A stretch of DNA of 64,000 nucleotides from Nymphaea colorata (Eukaryota). Location of the stretch: positions 29,140,001 through 29,204,000 of the forward strand of contig NC_045138.2 of assembly GCF_008831285.2 (NCBI RefSeq). The letters run 5' to 3'. The notes below the pieces were generated by a model. It was not told the DNA's origin and made no database searches. It saw only the letters and a program-made list of their open reading frames with translations. Of this stretch, positions 1 through 12,480 are shown one piece after another (the first letter of the stretch is position 1; the number at the start of each line of letters is the position of its first letter). Position numbers and translations under genes: made by a program.

Positions 1-868
1 CCGACGTCGCCAACGGCTTCAGCAAGTTTTGTAAAATTATCAGGTGGGGAAACTTCTAAAAAAACGATGTTGTCAAATTTTGTGTCCATCTTTTTAGGCA
101 GAAGATTGTTGGTATTTGACAAAGAAGATGAAAGCTCGCTCAAGTAGGAAAACGTATAGAGCTGAAGGTCATGCCTGCTGTTTGGTTGGAGGGAAAGGAA
201 GGAAAAGGGAAGGGAGAAAAAAAAAAAGGGAATAAATCTAATCCTTTTAAAATTGGAGGGATTGGGAAGGAAAGGAAAAGTCTATCACTTTTTACTGTGT
301 ATACCCTTTCAACTTCGCCCGCAAAAGAAACATCAACCAACCTTGCCTGACTCTTTCTTTCCCTCCTCACTGCTGGTTAAGACTTCGACGGGCGCCGAGC
401 CTGTCACTCCACAACGGCCCCTTTACCAAAATCAATTTTTTGTCATTTTTATGTCATCCAATTAGTGTACCTGAAAATTTGTTTGATTGATATAAATTTT
501 TATCATATTTGTTATTATAGAATGAAATGTCAAATGTGTGGTTTCTCTTTTATTGAATCACAAAGTCAAATTAAATATATTTTTATTTGAATGATCAATT
601 TTTGAATGTTATGGATATTATTGTAAAGTATTAAAAATACTATCATTTCATTTCCTTTTTATCCAAAGAAGTTTTATAATCATCTTTTTTCTTTCTTTCC
701 TTTCCATTCCATTTCTTTCTCATTCTTTTTCCCTCCCTTTCTTTTCCTTTTCATCCCTCTCCCTCCATCAAAACAAAGCTTTAGAACAAGAAACACCATG
801 GCACCAAACATTACACCTGTCTTTCGTATGATCCGAACTTTCCTTCTTATCCAATTTGAGATCCCCAT
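1..868 (-). pseudogene. GT47/exostosin gene A, copy 1, exon 1 (runs off the window edge), disrupted by a MITE
   Basis: 1-167 and 779-868 align to 26013-26269 (MGISNWIR... N-terminus). A 611-bp insertion at 168-778 splits the exon and gives a stop at 680. Confidence 0.85.
168..778. mobile_element. MITE-like insertion (Tourist/PIF-Harbinger-like termini)
   Basis: Absent from copies 2 and 3, whose empty site reads GAACTGAAGCTCTAGAAC (26171, 53211). Imperfect TIRs CTGTTTGGTTGGAGGGA ... TCCCTCCATCAAAACAAAG, purine/pyrimidine subterminal tracts, AT-rich core. TSD not clean. Confidence 0.7.
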
Positions 869-2570
869 CCTTATACACCCTCAAATTATTGGCTCTCCAT
901 TGCTTCGAAAATGAAACGAAAGCCTCTCAACAACGCCAAGTAGTTGACAACAAAGAGTGTTAAGTAGTCCAAAGTTTATGCATTGCACGAAAAAATCGAA
1001 ATACCCACAAGGAATCCAGCAAGAAAAGGATCATAGTAGATGTTTACATCAGACCAAAAAGAAGATCATTTATCCTGTAAAACCGACATAAGAAAATCCA
1101 GACAGCAGGTTAGCCCCTTTTTTCCAGAAATTTCCTCTTTGTTCCCATTGAAAAGTACCTGTGGCACCCCAAAACCCTCGTCTTCTTCTTTCTACTAGAT
1201 CATCATGTTGTAGTTTGGTTGCAGTCTAATTGTTCCGGCGGCTCTCCTCTCCTGTCCTTCATTTACACATAAAGCACCTAATTATTCATAATTTTCGGAA
1301 AGCCGCCTAACTTGCCAGTTATAACATTTAGGTGCGGGTTCTTTGAGAGCCTGCTCCTGTCGACAAGTCTGTGCAGGAAGTAAATTGTTAAGGTTAGGAA
1401 TTAGCCTAGTCCGACTAATTAAGATCCGACATTTACATATATTAGTTTCGGATTACTATTGGATTTCAGGGTCAATTTGTGCAGTACGTGAATTCTAACT
1501 CCGATGGAAAATGGCACACTGAATCTGAATCAATTTGGTCACTGGATCCTATTTTCTTTACTAAATCCAACTAATGTTATTTGGATTTGGGTCAACCGTC
1601 AGTAAATGCAGCCACTCAAATTTGACTATCATCGGTCCAGCATAAACAGATCCAACCTAACCGCTGACAGACTAGAATTCTCTAAAGTTGCCACCTATGT
1701 GGGTCTAAAATGTATAAAGGCAGGTGTCTAGTTTGATTTATGTTGGCGTTATTTTCCTGTCTTAAGGTGGTAGAGTGCGACATCCAAATTGAAAGGTACA
1801 ATGTTGCAGCTGAAGACTCCAAAGGCAGAAGGAATGAAGAGGCCTTCGAACCTTTTTCGAGCGGTGAAATTAATAACTCTTGCTCACCCGAAAAGACTCG
1901 TTGTCTATGCATCCCTCGCTGACCAGATATGATATGCTAAACCTAATCAATGAAGTGATTGCTCTGTCACTTTACATACGTAGCCTGCACTCCAACTGTT
2001 TACATGTATTTATTTACTAAAATTGGAAGACCAGTTTATCAGGGAATTTATGACTCAAAGTAGTAAATTTACATTCCGCTTCCTGCTTACGGAATGAAGC
2101 CAAAGATTCGAGGCCTCGAGTTTGGTAAAGTGACATTTTGCCATCTTGTCGTTTCTAATCGAGGAAACATCCCTCGAAATCTTCCCGAAAACAGAAGAAA
2201 TAAAACCATTCCAAATCTTCTCTGATCTCACAAACATACACTCGGCTTCAGTTTGCGCAAGAGGTGGTGCCCAGTATAGCACTACACCGACCCCTTTGGC
2301 TGTCGATGTTTTTATTTTCAATCTCTTTTTTTTATTCAAGTTCTGCCAATCTCATTCATCGTGCAAATAAAGCATGAAAAAGACTTCAGTTCACTCTCTG
2401 AAATATACAGGAAAACAACAAGACATATACAATCTAGAAAAAGGAAGCGATGTAAATAGATTCAATGAGACTGAACATGGCGCGGTCTTCGCTGACTGAC
2501 TTCTTAGCATGCAAGCATAACGCAGGTCCTTTTGAGGCTCCCATCTTCCAACGTCAAAGCTCTGCAACTT

Positions 2571-5466
2571 CTACCCTTTTATCTGATATAATCGGTTAAG
2601 CCAAATTGAATGAAGAACCATATGAAATATGTCATACTTGACAGGCTTTAGATGCCACAGGAAGTGCTTTTGAACTCTTTTCACCCCTGTCTGCAGCATA
2701 AGATACTTCTTCTCTGGGACTGATTGACAACAATATTTCCTTCAAACTTGGGAATGTCCTTCTCAGGTATAATGACTGAAAAAGCATCCCAATTTAGGAC
2801 TTCAAAGAAAGGTGGAACGAAATTGTCTGACATAATTACAGGAACACACACATAGTAACCTCTAGGACAGATGCAGTACTTGCTAGATTTCATGTGTTCT
2901 ATGTAGGAAACTTTGCTTGCGACTCCACGGGGCATAGCTACATAGATTTTCATGTCAGTATCTTTCTTCTCCCATTGATTAAGCAAAATGGGTCTAAGAT
3001 AACCATGCATTCGTCCAGCAAAGAAGGTGAGGATTGGCCTTTGACATGCAGGCTTACCTCCAACATCCCTAAGAGGATTTTGTCCAGAACGAATGTTCGT
3101 CTGTGGAAAAGAAACATCTTTACCCAACTTGAAGAAGCCTTGTGAGACATCTGCATTGCATATAGCTTTTATTGCATTCTTTCGAAGTTCACGGTGCAAC
3201 TTTGTTTCAAATGGTCCTTGAGAATCTAGATGAATCAGAATGATATTTCAAGGAGAATTGCCTCAGGAGGTCAAGAGAAACAACAAGGCTATGTTCAACT
3301 GACAATAGGGAACAAAGTATATACCCAGTCATGGCAGGCAACAATAGAGTGATCAGCACCTCCAGTTCTATTCCGGAAACGATATTTTCTAGCCAGCATG
3401 TCAACGTAGTCTTTTAAGATACAGCTAAAGGACTTACCCTATGTGAATTAGGTACATACAGTAACTCCCGCATCATGGAGGAACTGTAGGGCATGTAAAA
3501 CATGTGAGTTTTTCTTGGGTCCTTGACAACAAATCTTCTGTTCCCTTCCATCTGTTTCATAAACCATCCCTCAGAAGCATAAATGCCCCTGAAAAAGGGT
3601 TTGTGGAAAATGGGTTTGCTTCCTTCCTTATAGATATAAACCTTGAACATTTGCTCCATTAGTTCGTAGCTCCTGAAACAAGGACAACAAAGTTCTTATC
3701 ATCGACATGAGGGCAAAATTCTAGATGCAACTAAATTTCTTTAGGGAAAATAACCATAGTTTCACAGCATAATCTTCGAGTATCAGCTATAGATAGGAGG
3801 AACTTCAAGGAAGAAAATTGCATGTTTAGTTCAACAGCATTTGCAGCAGAAATTTTTTCTAAATCGCAACAGGGACCATGGTGCGTGACATTTGAAATTC
3901 TAACAGCACACAACTGCGGTTTTCAATTAATGTACCATACTGCAGTAGTTGACTTATGTTAGACCAAAAAAAGAAATCACATAGTTATAGTCTACTCTTT
4001 GAATACATGAGAAACAATGGTGGAAAACACTGCATAGACTGTCTAAGATTTTTCTGAACGCTCATTAGAGACGGTCATGGTTTCAAAATGTCAATGAGAT
4101 ACAACTAAATATTCAGTTAATCTAGCACTCTGCAAGTTTAACAGCATATAATTTCATCAGGCAAAGATAGAAAAACCAGAACTGCTTTAGGCATAACAAA
4201 AGATCCTAAAGCATGAAACTTCAGATCTTTCCGTGTCGTGAATATTACATCTTGATTGCTATTCTTTACCAAGAATTCATGATGTGAAAAACAATCGGAA
4301 TTCTGAATAACCAGCGCCAGTTGCAGACAAAGGTGTTAGTCATGTACCTCTTGAACATGGAGACATTACGCAATACTGGTGCATAAAGATCGCGATCGTT
4401 TCTTATCATAGGTGCATTTTGAATTTGTTTCCTTGCAGATAATAGCTCCTTGTCCCGTGGCGATGGCCACCGAGGTCTCTGCATAGGGAAAACCAAGTAT
4501 GAGGAATAGATTCATCACGACGGCATCACGCATGGACGTGGATTATGCTGTTGATCCATACCATAGAACCAGAAGGAATGCCATTCCAATCAACCATGTA
4601 AACGCTCTCAACAATCTTATTCCTCATTGTTAGGCGTGGAGTTAATGGGTCCATGGAATCGGGTCAGCAGCTCCATCGTCTCCTCCATGCGCTCCCTGTG
4701 AGCTTCCACAGCAGCCGTTACGTCCTTGGAAGTCACCTTGTATTTGTTAGCCATAGCTCTGATACCAGTGTTAGCCGCCTGCTAACAGAGGGCTATTACT
4801 CCTGCGAAAGCCCAGCCTTCACATCGGTCCTTATATATACTGCGGTCCAATACATGGGATGGGTTTATTAAGACCTACCATCTACCCGACCCATTCCTAA
4901 CAGACTTCACGCAGGGCAGATCCTGCCACCGCTGACCTGACTCCATGGACCCATTAACTCCACGCCCAACACTCATCCAGTGCTTTTGTCTCGGCTCATT
5001 GATAATCACTAAACCACCATGTAAGGCATAGCAAGTGTTCGTTTTGGAGCCTAACTCTACCTTTCTCACCCCCATGGATGATGACAAAATGGGAACAACT
5101 GGGGTCACTAGCAAAGTTCCTTTGATTTTCCCATGACTTCGTCACTCTTAAAAGAAACGACTGGACATGATTCAGCAGCCGGAACAGTAGCTGCCCCTTT
5201 TCCATCTACATCCTTTCCTTCTTCTCTCTGTTCCTCTTGGATACCTCCATCCATACTCACAACTTCAGTTTCCTCCACTTCATCGTTAAAAATAAATGTA
5301 CGATTAGAGTTACCAGAATCACTGAGTCCAGGGTTATAGGCACATGGACTTTGCTGTCAGGAAACAAAGAGCAGAAATTACTCAAATAAGAAATACTGCA
5401 AGATTGGAACACTAGCAGAAATGTTCCCAAGATAACAACCACCAAAGTTAGCTTTCTGTGTTCCAT
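2571..5466 (-). pseudogene. GT47/exostosin gene B, copy 1 (pseudogene)
   Basis: Same 4-exon layout as 28062-30706. Lesions: ~70-bp deletion near 5326, 344-bp insertion at 4628-4971, 1-bp deletion near 3419, 36-bp deletion at 2857/2858 removing EVNSPRILEAIY, and +1 and +4 insertions near 2720-2746. Confidence 0.93.
4628..4971 (-). mobile_element. LTR-retrotransposon-derived 344-bp element with inverted termini (single LTR + PBS + gag-like start + inverted LTR end)
   Basis: TSD CTCAT at 4623-4627 and 4972-4976, single in copies 2 and 3. Ends TGTT..AACA. Inverted repeats 4628-4668 and 4931-4971 match 38/41. On the minus strand: LTR-like 4971-4769 (TG..CA, TATATATAA near 4831-4839), PBS TGGTATCAGAGC at 4767-4756, ATG at 4754. 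Confidence 0.9.
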
Positions 5467-7460
5467 TATGGGTGCTTCCTTGTCATCTGTACAGCAACCT
5501 CCATGGAGCAAACAACCCCAAAACCTTTCCCAGAAGAGGGGAAAACAATAGTCATACTGCAAAAAGCAATCATGATCACAAAAAAACCAACAAGAACAAA
5601 ATGTACAGATACCCATTTCCTAAAACAGTATAGCGTGAGACAACTACAAAGAGAAAGTGAAGGACAAACCTGAAAAGAAATCAGGGCTGCAATGCAAACT
5701 GAATCACTCCAACCACTGCAAAGATCAAAGACAGTGAAAAATGAGGATTTAAAGATACTCATTTCAGGAAAATTGTGGACGATATCCGCTACAGATGCAT
5801 ATTGAAGAGTAACCAAAGCTGCTTCCTTTAGATATTCTCGAGCCCCAAGTATGCTCACGAAGAATGAGTCGACTTTCTTACTTCAGAGTTCAGACCCCTA
5901 CAATCTGGTCCTCTAAAAAACATTAAAGAGAAAATGGAGGTCGTGGTAGGCAGTGGTGTGCCCCACTCATTGGGAAAGGGTCGTTAACCTCATCTCCTCT
6001 AAAATCTGTCCCTCTCTCTTTCTAGATCTCTCTCTGAGTGCCAGGCCTGTCATGTCGTTGGCCCTGCCATAAAGTACCTCTGTAAGAGTTTCCGTACGCC
6101 ATTTCCGTTCGATCAGTGCATCATACTTAGGAACGACACCTGAAAGTCCAGTCACTAGTGGAACTGCACTGGCGGTTAACCGCATACTGCAGATCTCCGG
6201 ATTCTGGTTACGTGGGAAGGGTTGATAAACATTTCAAGAGTTTTACACTTCGACTCAACTCTTGATCAAGAATATTGGGATAAACACTTACGCCTAAAAT
6301 TTGGGTTCGCAGGTTTTTTAAATCTTATTGCCAGTCCACTGAATGAGAATCATGCTAGAAATCAGACCGTAGCAAGTTGCCTTTGAGTGTTTTACTGCTG
6401 GAACAATTCAAGTATGACCTACGATACACAGAGGAATGAGAATAAACAGAAAAGAGAGCACTTTCTCTCACCCTGACTCACACCCTCATCATCATCACCT
6501 TTGACAGCTCCCAATGTTTGTCCGGTCAGTGTTCGAGAGGATGCAAACGTTTGCAGGAGGATCATCATTTTAAGAACCTCAAATATGGCTTCTGAGTCAA
6601 ATTTTTTGCACCGTACATTAGATTATATAAAGATTTAAAAGTTAGATGAAAATTTGACAATAGGGAAAGGCAAAAGGATTGTTTTTTCTTCATAGCATTA
6701 GATCCTATCTACATATCCAAAAAGACTTGATTAAAGAGGCGCTTCTTATGCTCTTAAATCTCAACCATGGAAAGCAGATAGCTGGGGCGTCCTGAATCTT
6801 GCAGTTGAATACGCATTTGGGAGCATTATCCAGCCAGCATATCATCTTTTCTTTGGTCTTCCCACTGAGAGGCTAGATAAGATTCTTTATTTACTTCATC
6901 TGCACACGCTTATGCAACTTGGTTCAACAGATTCTTCAAATTTCTAGTACCTGATCATGCTTATTGAAAAATGACAATGGAGAATCTTTAAGGTCTTCAG
7001 TTTCTATCCAATAAAAACTACTTTGCAATTGTATGGCTCTCCTAGGAGGAAAACAGTATGTATAATATATCATAGAGAGAGTGAACACCTTTGTTCAGGG
7101 AGATCTGATCAGTTAAATATTGTGGAAAAAACATTAGCATCTGAGCTCTTCTCTGAAATTTATCTCCTTGAAATTAAGACCGGTGAAATAAAGTGTTATT
7201 TAGCACATAATGAACTATGTGAAAATATATTTCTCAGCATGTTTTTTTGAAACGGAATACAAATAATGTCTTCATTTATTACATCTACCGGCCTGGGGAA
7301 AACATCAGCTCAATAATTAGATTTTCTAAGTCCTAACAATAATAAATCAACTTCTATCAGCCCATTTTCTTTAGCCAGCTGAAGATTGTTGTTGCATGCT
7401 TCAAACTCCCATCGCATTTTATTTCTCCATAAATTGTACTCTGGCCACTGCAATGCCTTC

Positions 7461-9437
7461 TCACTTCAGTTTTGCTTTCTTGGGTTTCATAATCAAGTCA
7501 TCATCATCATCATCATAATCAAATATGCTTCTCCTGGCCTTCAAGTCACCATTTTTTGCCATAGGTGGTCTTTGGGAGAGCTCGGGGTTTTGCTTCATTG
7601 TGTTTACTTTGGTTGGAGCTGAATTTGTTTTGGCTGGGATTGCATTTGCTTTGACTGGAGCAGCACTTGTTTTGATTGGAGCTGTATTTGTTCTGGCTGG
7701 AGCTGTGTTTGTTCTGGCTGGAGCTGTATTTGTTCTGGCTGGACCTGTATTTGTTCGGATTGGAGTTGTATTTGTTTTTATCGGAGTTCCCATTCTTTGT
7801 TGTTTCTGCCTCTTTTGCTTTTTCTCATATGCTTTCCTTGCTCTTTCAGGTGACAACAGGCCATGCTCCATCATCCTGCCAACGGAAGAAGCATTTAGTA
7901 CCTCATAGCTGTTAAAAAATTCTCCACAATTGATCGTGACAATTGGCCCTTTCTAGCTTGTTGTGCTCATCAGTCTAAATCTATGACATGGTGAGATGCT
8001 ATCTAGAGGCATGACATGGATGGCATGGGCCAAACATGCTTGCATGTATAGAGCCATCATTTCAATAAATTTTAACAGTTTAAAATACATTCCATAATAA
8101 TCAAATAGGCATTATTGCATTCACTAAGTGAATGTTTTTCTACTTTATTCATGTCCCTTATTCCTATTACTCAAAAAAGATTTCCATGTCAGCCTGCTAA
8201 ATCATACTTGTCTTTGTGATGAGACCAAAATATTCTTTAATGTGAAAATGACCAGCCTCACTTCTCCCTATTAGTAAGACCATGATGTTGCGTAAGAAGC
8301 ATTCTATGTTGGTAGGTTCACATTATTAATGCTACTTGCTGGAGTGACTTGTCTTCTCCAAAGACATGCTGCAAAGGAACTCTACCAGATGCTTTATCAT
8401 GTATTTTCCAATAGAACAACCATATTCAAAGAGATGAATGTGGTGCTCTTGGAGATGATGAGGCAAAGTCCTAGTGGCCTTGTCGAGGGTATTGATCCCC
8501 AGAAGCAGCCAGATAACCCTGGAAAACAAAATTTTGGAGACAGTGTTTGGTAGTTCAGAAAGGAGACTAGCTTGACACTGTAATTTTAATTTTGCATCAT
8601 GGCCTCTAGAAAGGGGACCACGATTAAAACTCATAGTCAGTAGAGCCAACTAAAATATCAGTGCAAAAATTCGGCGACAACCAGACTGTAATGTTCTTGG
8701 TTCTAGCGTCAAAAAAGACAGCAAAGTGCTTCCTTCCCAAAGATGTCCACTTTCAATCCCCATTAACAGACACGCACGTCAAGGCAGAAACAAACTGTAA
8801 GGAAAATCAAAAGAAAGAAAACAGACCAAAATTCTGCCATTTCACTCTCTGGTCTCTGTTTCATCAACGATTCGTAGAAGATCCTCAACGGTTCCCTCTG
8901 CTCAGAAGATGAGGGAAGGGGCAGTCAGTAATTGGCAGCATACTCAGCCTTTTTAACCCCAAAACGCAACCGAAGAAAAGGGGAAAAGTAGAAAACAAAG
9001 TTAAAGGACAGATCCCCGCAAAACTGTAAGAGATCATTATACCTGTTCAGGTGGATCATATTTCTGGCCAGGCAAAGTGTACACCTTCTTCTCTGACTTT
9101 GTCTTCACAGAGCTAACGCTTTTGGAAGAACTCCCAGAAGTTTTGCCCTTGATCTACAGAACAAAGAATTATCAAACACCAATCATGAAAAGGACCAAGA
9201 ATCATCAAAATCCAACCAAACGGTAAACAAAAACCACCCCTTTATAAAAGATCAAGACGGTACCTCTGGTTTTGAGACATTATGCACTGATTTGCTCTTG
9301 GCATCTCCACTCTGCCTATTTGATGAGCTCTCCACCTTCTTGTTGATGACCACAACTCCCTTTGGCCTTACGGAGCCATCATCCTTGATTGGTGGCCTCA
9401 ATTTCACAAGATTTGCTCTGGCCTCAGCAGCAGCCAT
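7461..9437 (-). CDS. Conserved uncharacterised basic plant protein, 256 aa (KVYTLPGQKYDPPEQREPLRIFYESL...EFWMMEHGLL family)
   Basis: Exons 9264-9437, 9043-9153, 8827-8897 and 7461-7875 have GT-AG junctions and join in frame. The core motif is recognisable from conserved plant proteins of unknown function. Confidence 0.85.
7600..7790 (-). repeat. Coding 21-bp tandem repeat (~9 heptapeptides, consensus APARTNT)
   Basis: Translation TPIKTNT TPIRTNT GPARTNT APARTNT APARTNT APIKTSA APVKANA IPAKTNS APTKVNT. DNA unit ~GGAGCTGTATTTGTTCTGGCT. Confidence 0.9.
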
Positions 9438-12400
9438 GCCTGGAACTGCCCTACCTTACGCTTCTTTCCTGATGCTCATTACCTCCAATCTACCTAGTCA
9501 ATCTTCGGACGACCTACAGATCGGTGCGGGAGCCGAATCTGTTCAAAATCGTTCTAGTTCTTTTTCCCCTTTTCTATTTTCCGTGCTTCTTTGACCATGG
9601 CATGTTTATATAGAGAGAGAAAGGGGGATGGCTTGGACTCGGAGTCATCATTTTGAGAATTTCTTTCTTCCCAGTTTTCATTTGTCTGGATAAAAGGGGA
9701 AAAAAATAAATGTGGGTTATCCGTTTACCTGCTTTGTAACCACTTTTGATGTGTAAAAACGGAAAAAAATGCTTCATGTTTTCCATTTGTGGCATGATTT
9801 CGCCTCCCCATTTTTCTTCCCTCTTTCCTAGCTGATGACCGCATCTATGTGTCTGACGACACGCTTGGCCGTGCAATCCGGTCTCTTGGTCAGGTTCTTA
9901 TCTCTTCTCTGCTGCCACTTCCCACGTTATCCTATTCTTCAGGTCAAATCTACCGCAGTTAATTCATCAGAGTACCGCTTTCATCGTGTGCGGCGCTCGG
10001 TCGCCTATCTCGAAGCGCTTTGGTCAGTGGCCGTAAGTAATGTCTTAACGAACTTTTATGCTTCGAGGATGACTCCACTGTCAAGGGGCGCTGATGATGA
10101 CGACGATGATTTTGAGGATGACCTTTTTTTAGTTGGTGAAGATCACCGTGTGAATCCAACCTGGTTGATGCACTAGAATCAATCATGTTAGATCCTGATT
10201 TTAGCGTCAAAACATATTTCCTTTAAACTAAAATTACTTTTTCGTGTTGTAAATGACATCTCTACGAGCCAAAACTAAAAGTGGTTGCTGCTTTTTCAAC
10301 CTTACGACATGGGCTCATGGGCGGAGGAGCCCATTGTATTAGACAACGTACATGAAGGGGCTTTATTCACTCTGGTGGTCGAATACTATCTACTCGTCCG
10401 GTTCATGCTTAATCTGAAACTTTAATTTGCGATTACATGTCAAATTTGATTAACTTTCAGCATACCAAAGGGTATATTTATATGGTTTCCAACGCATTTT
10501 TTTTTATGTCATCGTGGGTTGCTTATATTGTTGTTCACCAACAAAATCCATTAGTTGGCACAACGGCTTGGGGTTCTTAGCGGTCAATCTTCAATTTCAA
10601 TCTCTTTTGTTGCAGAAAAGAGGTCACCAACACACAAGTTAAAGCGCGGCAATGAGGGTGGCACTTTAAATGCCTTGATATTAAACTTGATTATTTCGCA
10701 CTCCAGGATTCATGTGTGACACTCTATCTGAGCATTCAAACTAGGCTCTTAAGTCGTTAAGCTGGAGTAAAGTATGAACTCAAATTCCAATAGTGGGTAT
10801 AAACTGGTAGGCAGATTTGGCTTAGCCCCAAGTTGCCATTTAAAAAGAAAAAGTTAAAAAGAAAGAAAAGGGAAAATATGAAGCCACCACCCAATGTGCC
10901 AGTTCAACGAGGACGTTTAAAATTTTGTTAAGCCCTTCACCACAGGGTAAAAAGAATGATGATTGGACGCATGCGTAGCTCAGGAACGTTAATTGATTCC
11001 CTTGTATAAAAAAGAATAATACAACGAAAAAAGCATGCTTCTCTTTGAATCCTCTCATGTTGGCCATGTTTACTTTTCTTATTCAGCTTCAAAATATATA
11101 TGTTAATTCACCTGTGCTCAATCAAACTGATATCTTCTTCCACTATATATATATATTTGATAATCATGTCGGAATACTCGTTGGCTTTGATATTTGTTAA
11201 GGACGTATATTTTTCTATTTTTGTCATAAATTCAACAAGAGGCCCAGGCGTTTCATGACAATTATTTTTTTCAGATGATTTGTTTTCCTTGTGATCGATA
11301 AGAGTAAAAATTGCATGAAAGATGTGTCTGTCCGCCCCAAGGCGGACTTTTCCTAAGTTTTAGCCATGTGAGTTCAAAATGTATCATTCATTTAGTGTAC
11401 TTTGTAATATTTTTCAACGTTATCAAATGCCCCCTAATCAACATCGTTCTCTAAGTAACTTTTTTTTTTTTTTACAATTTTAATTGCATGACCCTCATGC
11501 GTAAAGAACCTGCACAAAATATTTTAGAGTTTTATTGTGTACAAGTACACGGTTTGAAAATTTATAAGTATACTGTTTGTGCAATAATTAACTAAAGTTA
11601 TGTGGATAGAAGAAATCTGCTTGGGTTTTCCATATTTCTTCTTTCGCTTTGCTTTCCGCTCGGCACTTCTTTTCTAGTCCCATCGTCCATTCTAATGCAA
11701 CATTTTATTTTCCATATTCGATTTTTCACCTAATCCATTTCAGGCGTGTTTGAATCATGGAACATTCGTGACAATATATGTATTTTGCATCTATCTTTCC
11801 ATGGAATATAATGGTCAATGAGGATAGCTAATTGGTCAGGAGAGTTTTTTTGCTTCAAGAAAAGTGGGGGAAAGACGAACTTTGTTTGACTGTTTATCGA
11901 AAAGAAGTAATCCAGGACAAGAGCAACCTGAGATAACTTCGCCATGCCTTCATGTATGCATATAGTTGTCAGCAGTTAAGATTGGAATACAGGTTTAATT
12001 CGACCTCCTCACAACAAATTTCTGGTTTCGCTCCTGCATACACGGATAGCTGCATAGCTCTAGATGAATTGATCTGCATGGTACAAGGGAAACACAAAGG
12101 CATTGCGTAACGAAAATGCTCTTTCTGCGAGGCCACTATGTTTCTAATCGTTAGTGCTTGGTGACCCGCGCCACCACCGTCTCTGGCCACCCCCATTTTC
12201 CCCTCTTTTCTTCTCCCACCGGCGACCTCTCCTGTCGGCGGTCTCCTGTTGGTAAAAAATAGTTCTCTCTCTCTCCCTCTGTGGCAAACTGCGTTGGCCA
12301 CGCAGTCCTTGGATATGAACACTGGAGTTGCTAATGCCAGCTTTCCTGGGTTACCTGCGTGTCCCATAGGGGGATGGGCAAAATGGTAATCTTCTAGAGA

Positions 12401-12480
12401 GACGACGGCCTAGAATTCGAGGGAGAGAGAACCGATGTTTTAGGCAATCGGGCTGCATTCCTCTCTTTAAAATTTCACAT

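Larger units (their letters stand above)
1..5990. repeat. Segmental duplication copy 1 (GT47-A 5' part, intergenic region, GT47-B)
   Basis: Colinear with ~26013-31250 and ~53053-58310 through exons, introns and intergenic DNA. Similarity ends after TGGGAAAGGGTCGTTAAC near 5990. Confidence 0.95.

Noticed and set aside
6440..6475. miR156/157-like ACAGAAAAGAGAGCAC
   Set aside because: Incomplete match and no complementary star arm nearby.
7525..7915. Hydrophobic plus-strand ORFs (GAVFVLA and LELYLFW repeats)
   Set aside because: Antisense shadows of the 21-bp coding repeat in the minus-strand gene.
10085..10205. C/D snoRNA-like TGATGA...CTGA
   Set aside because: TGATGA is part of a (GAT/GAC)n low-complexity run, and no guide sequence was identified.
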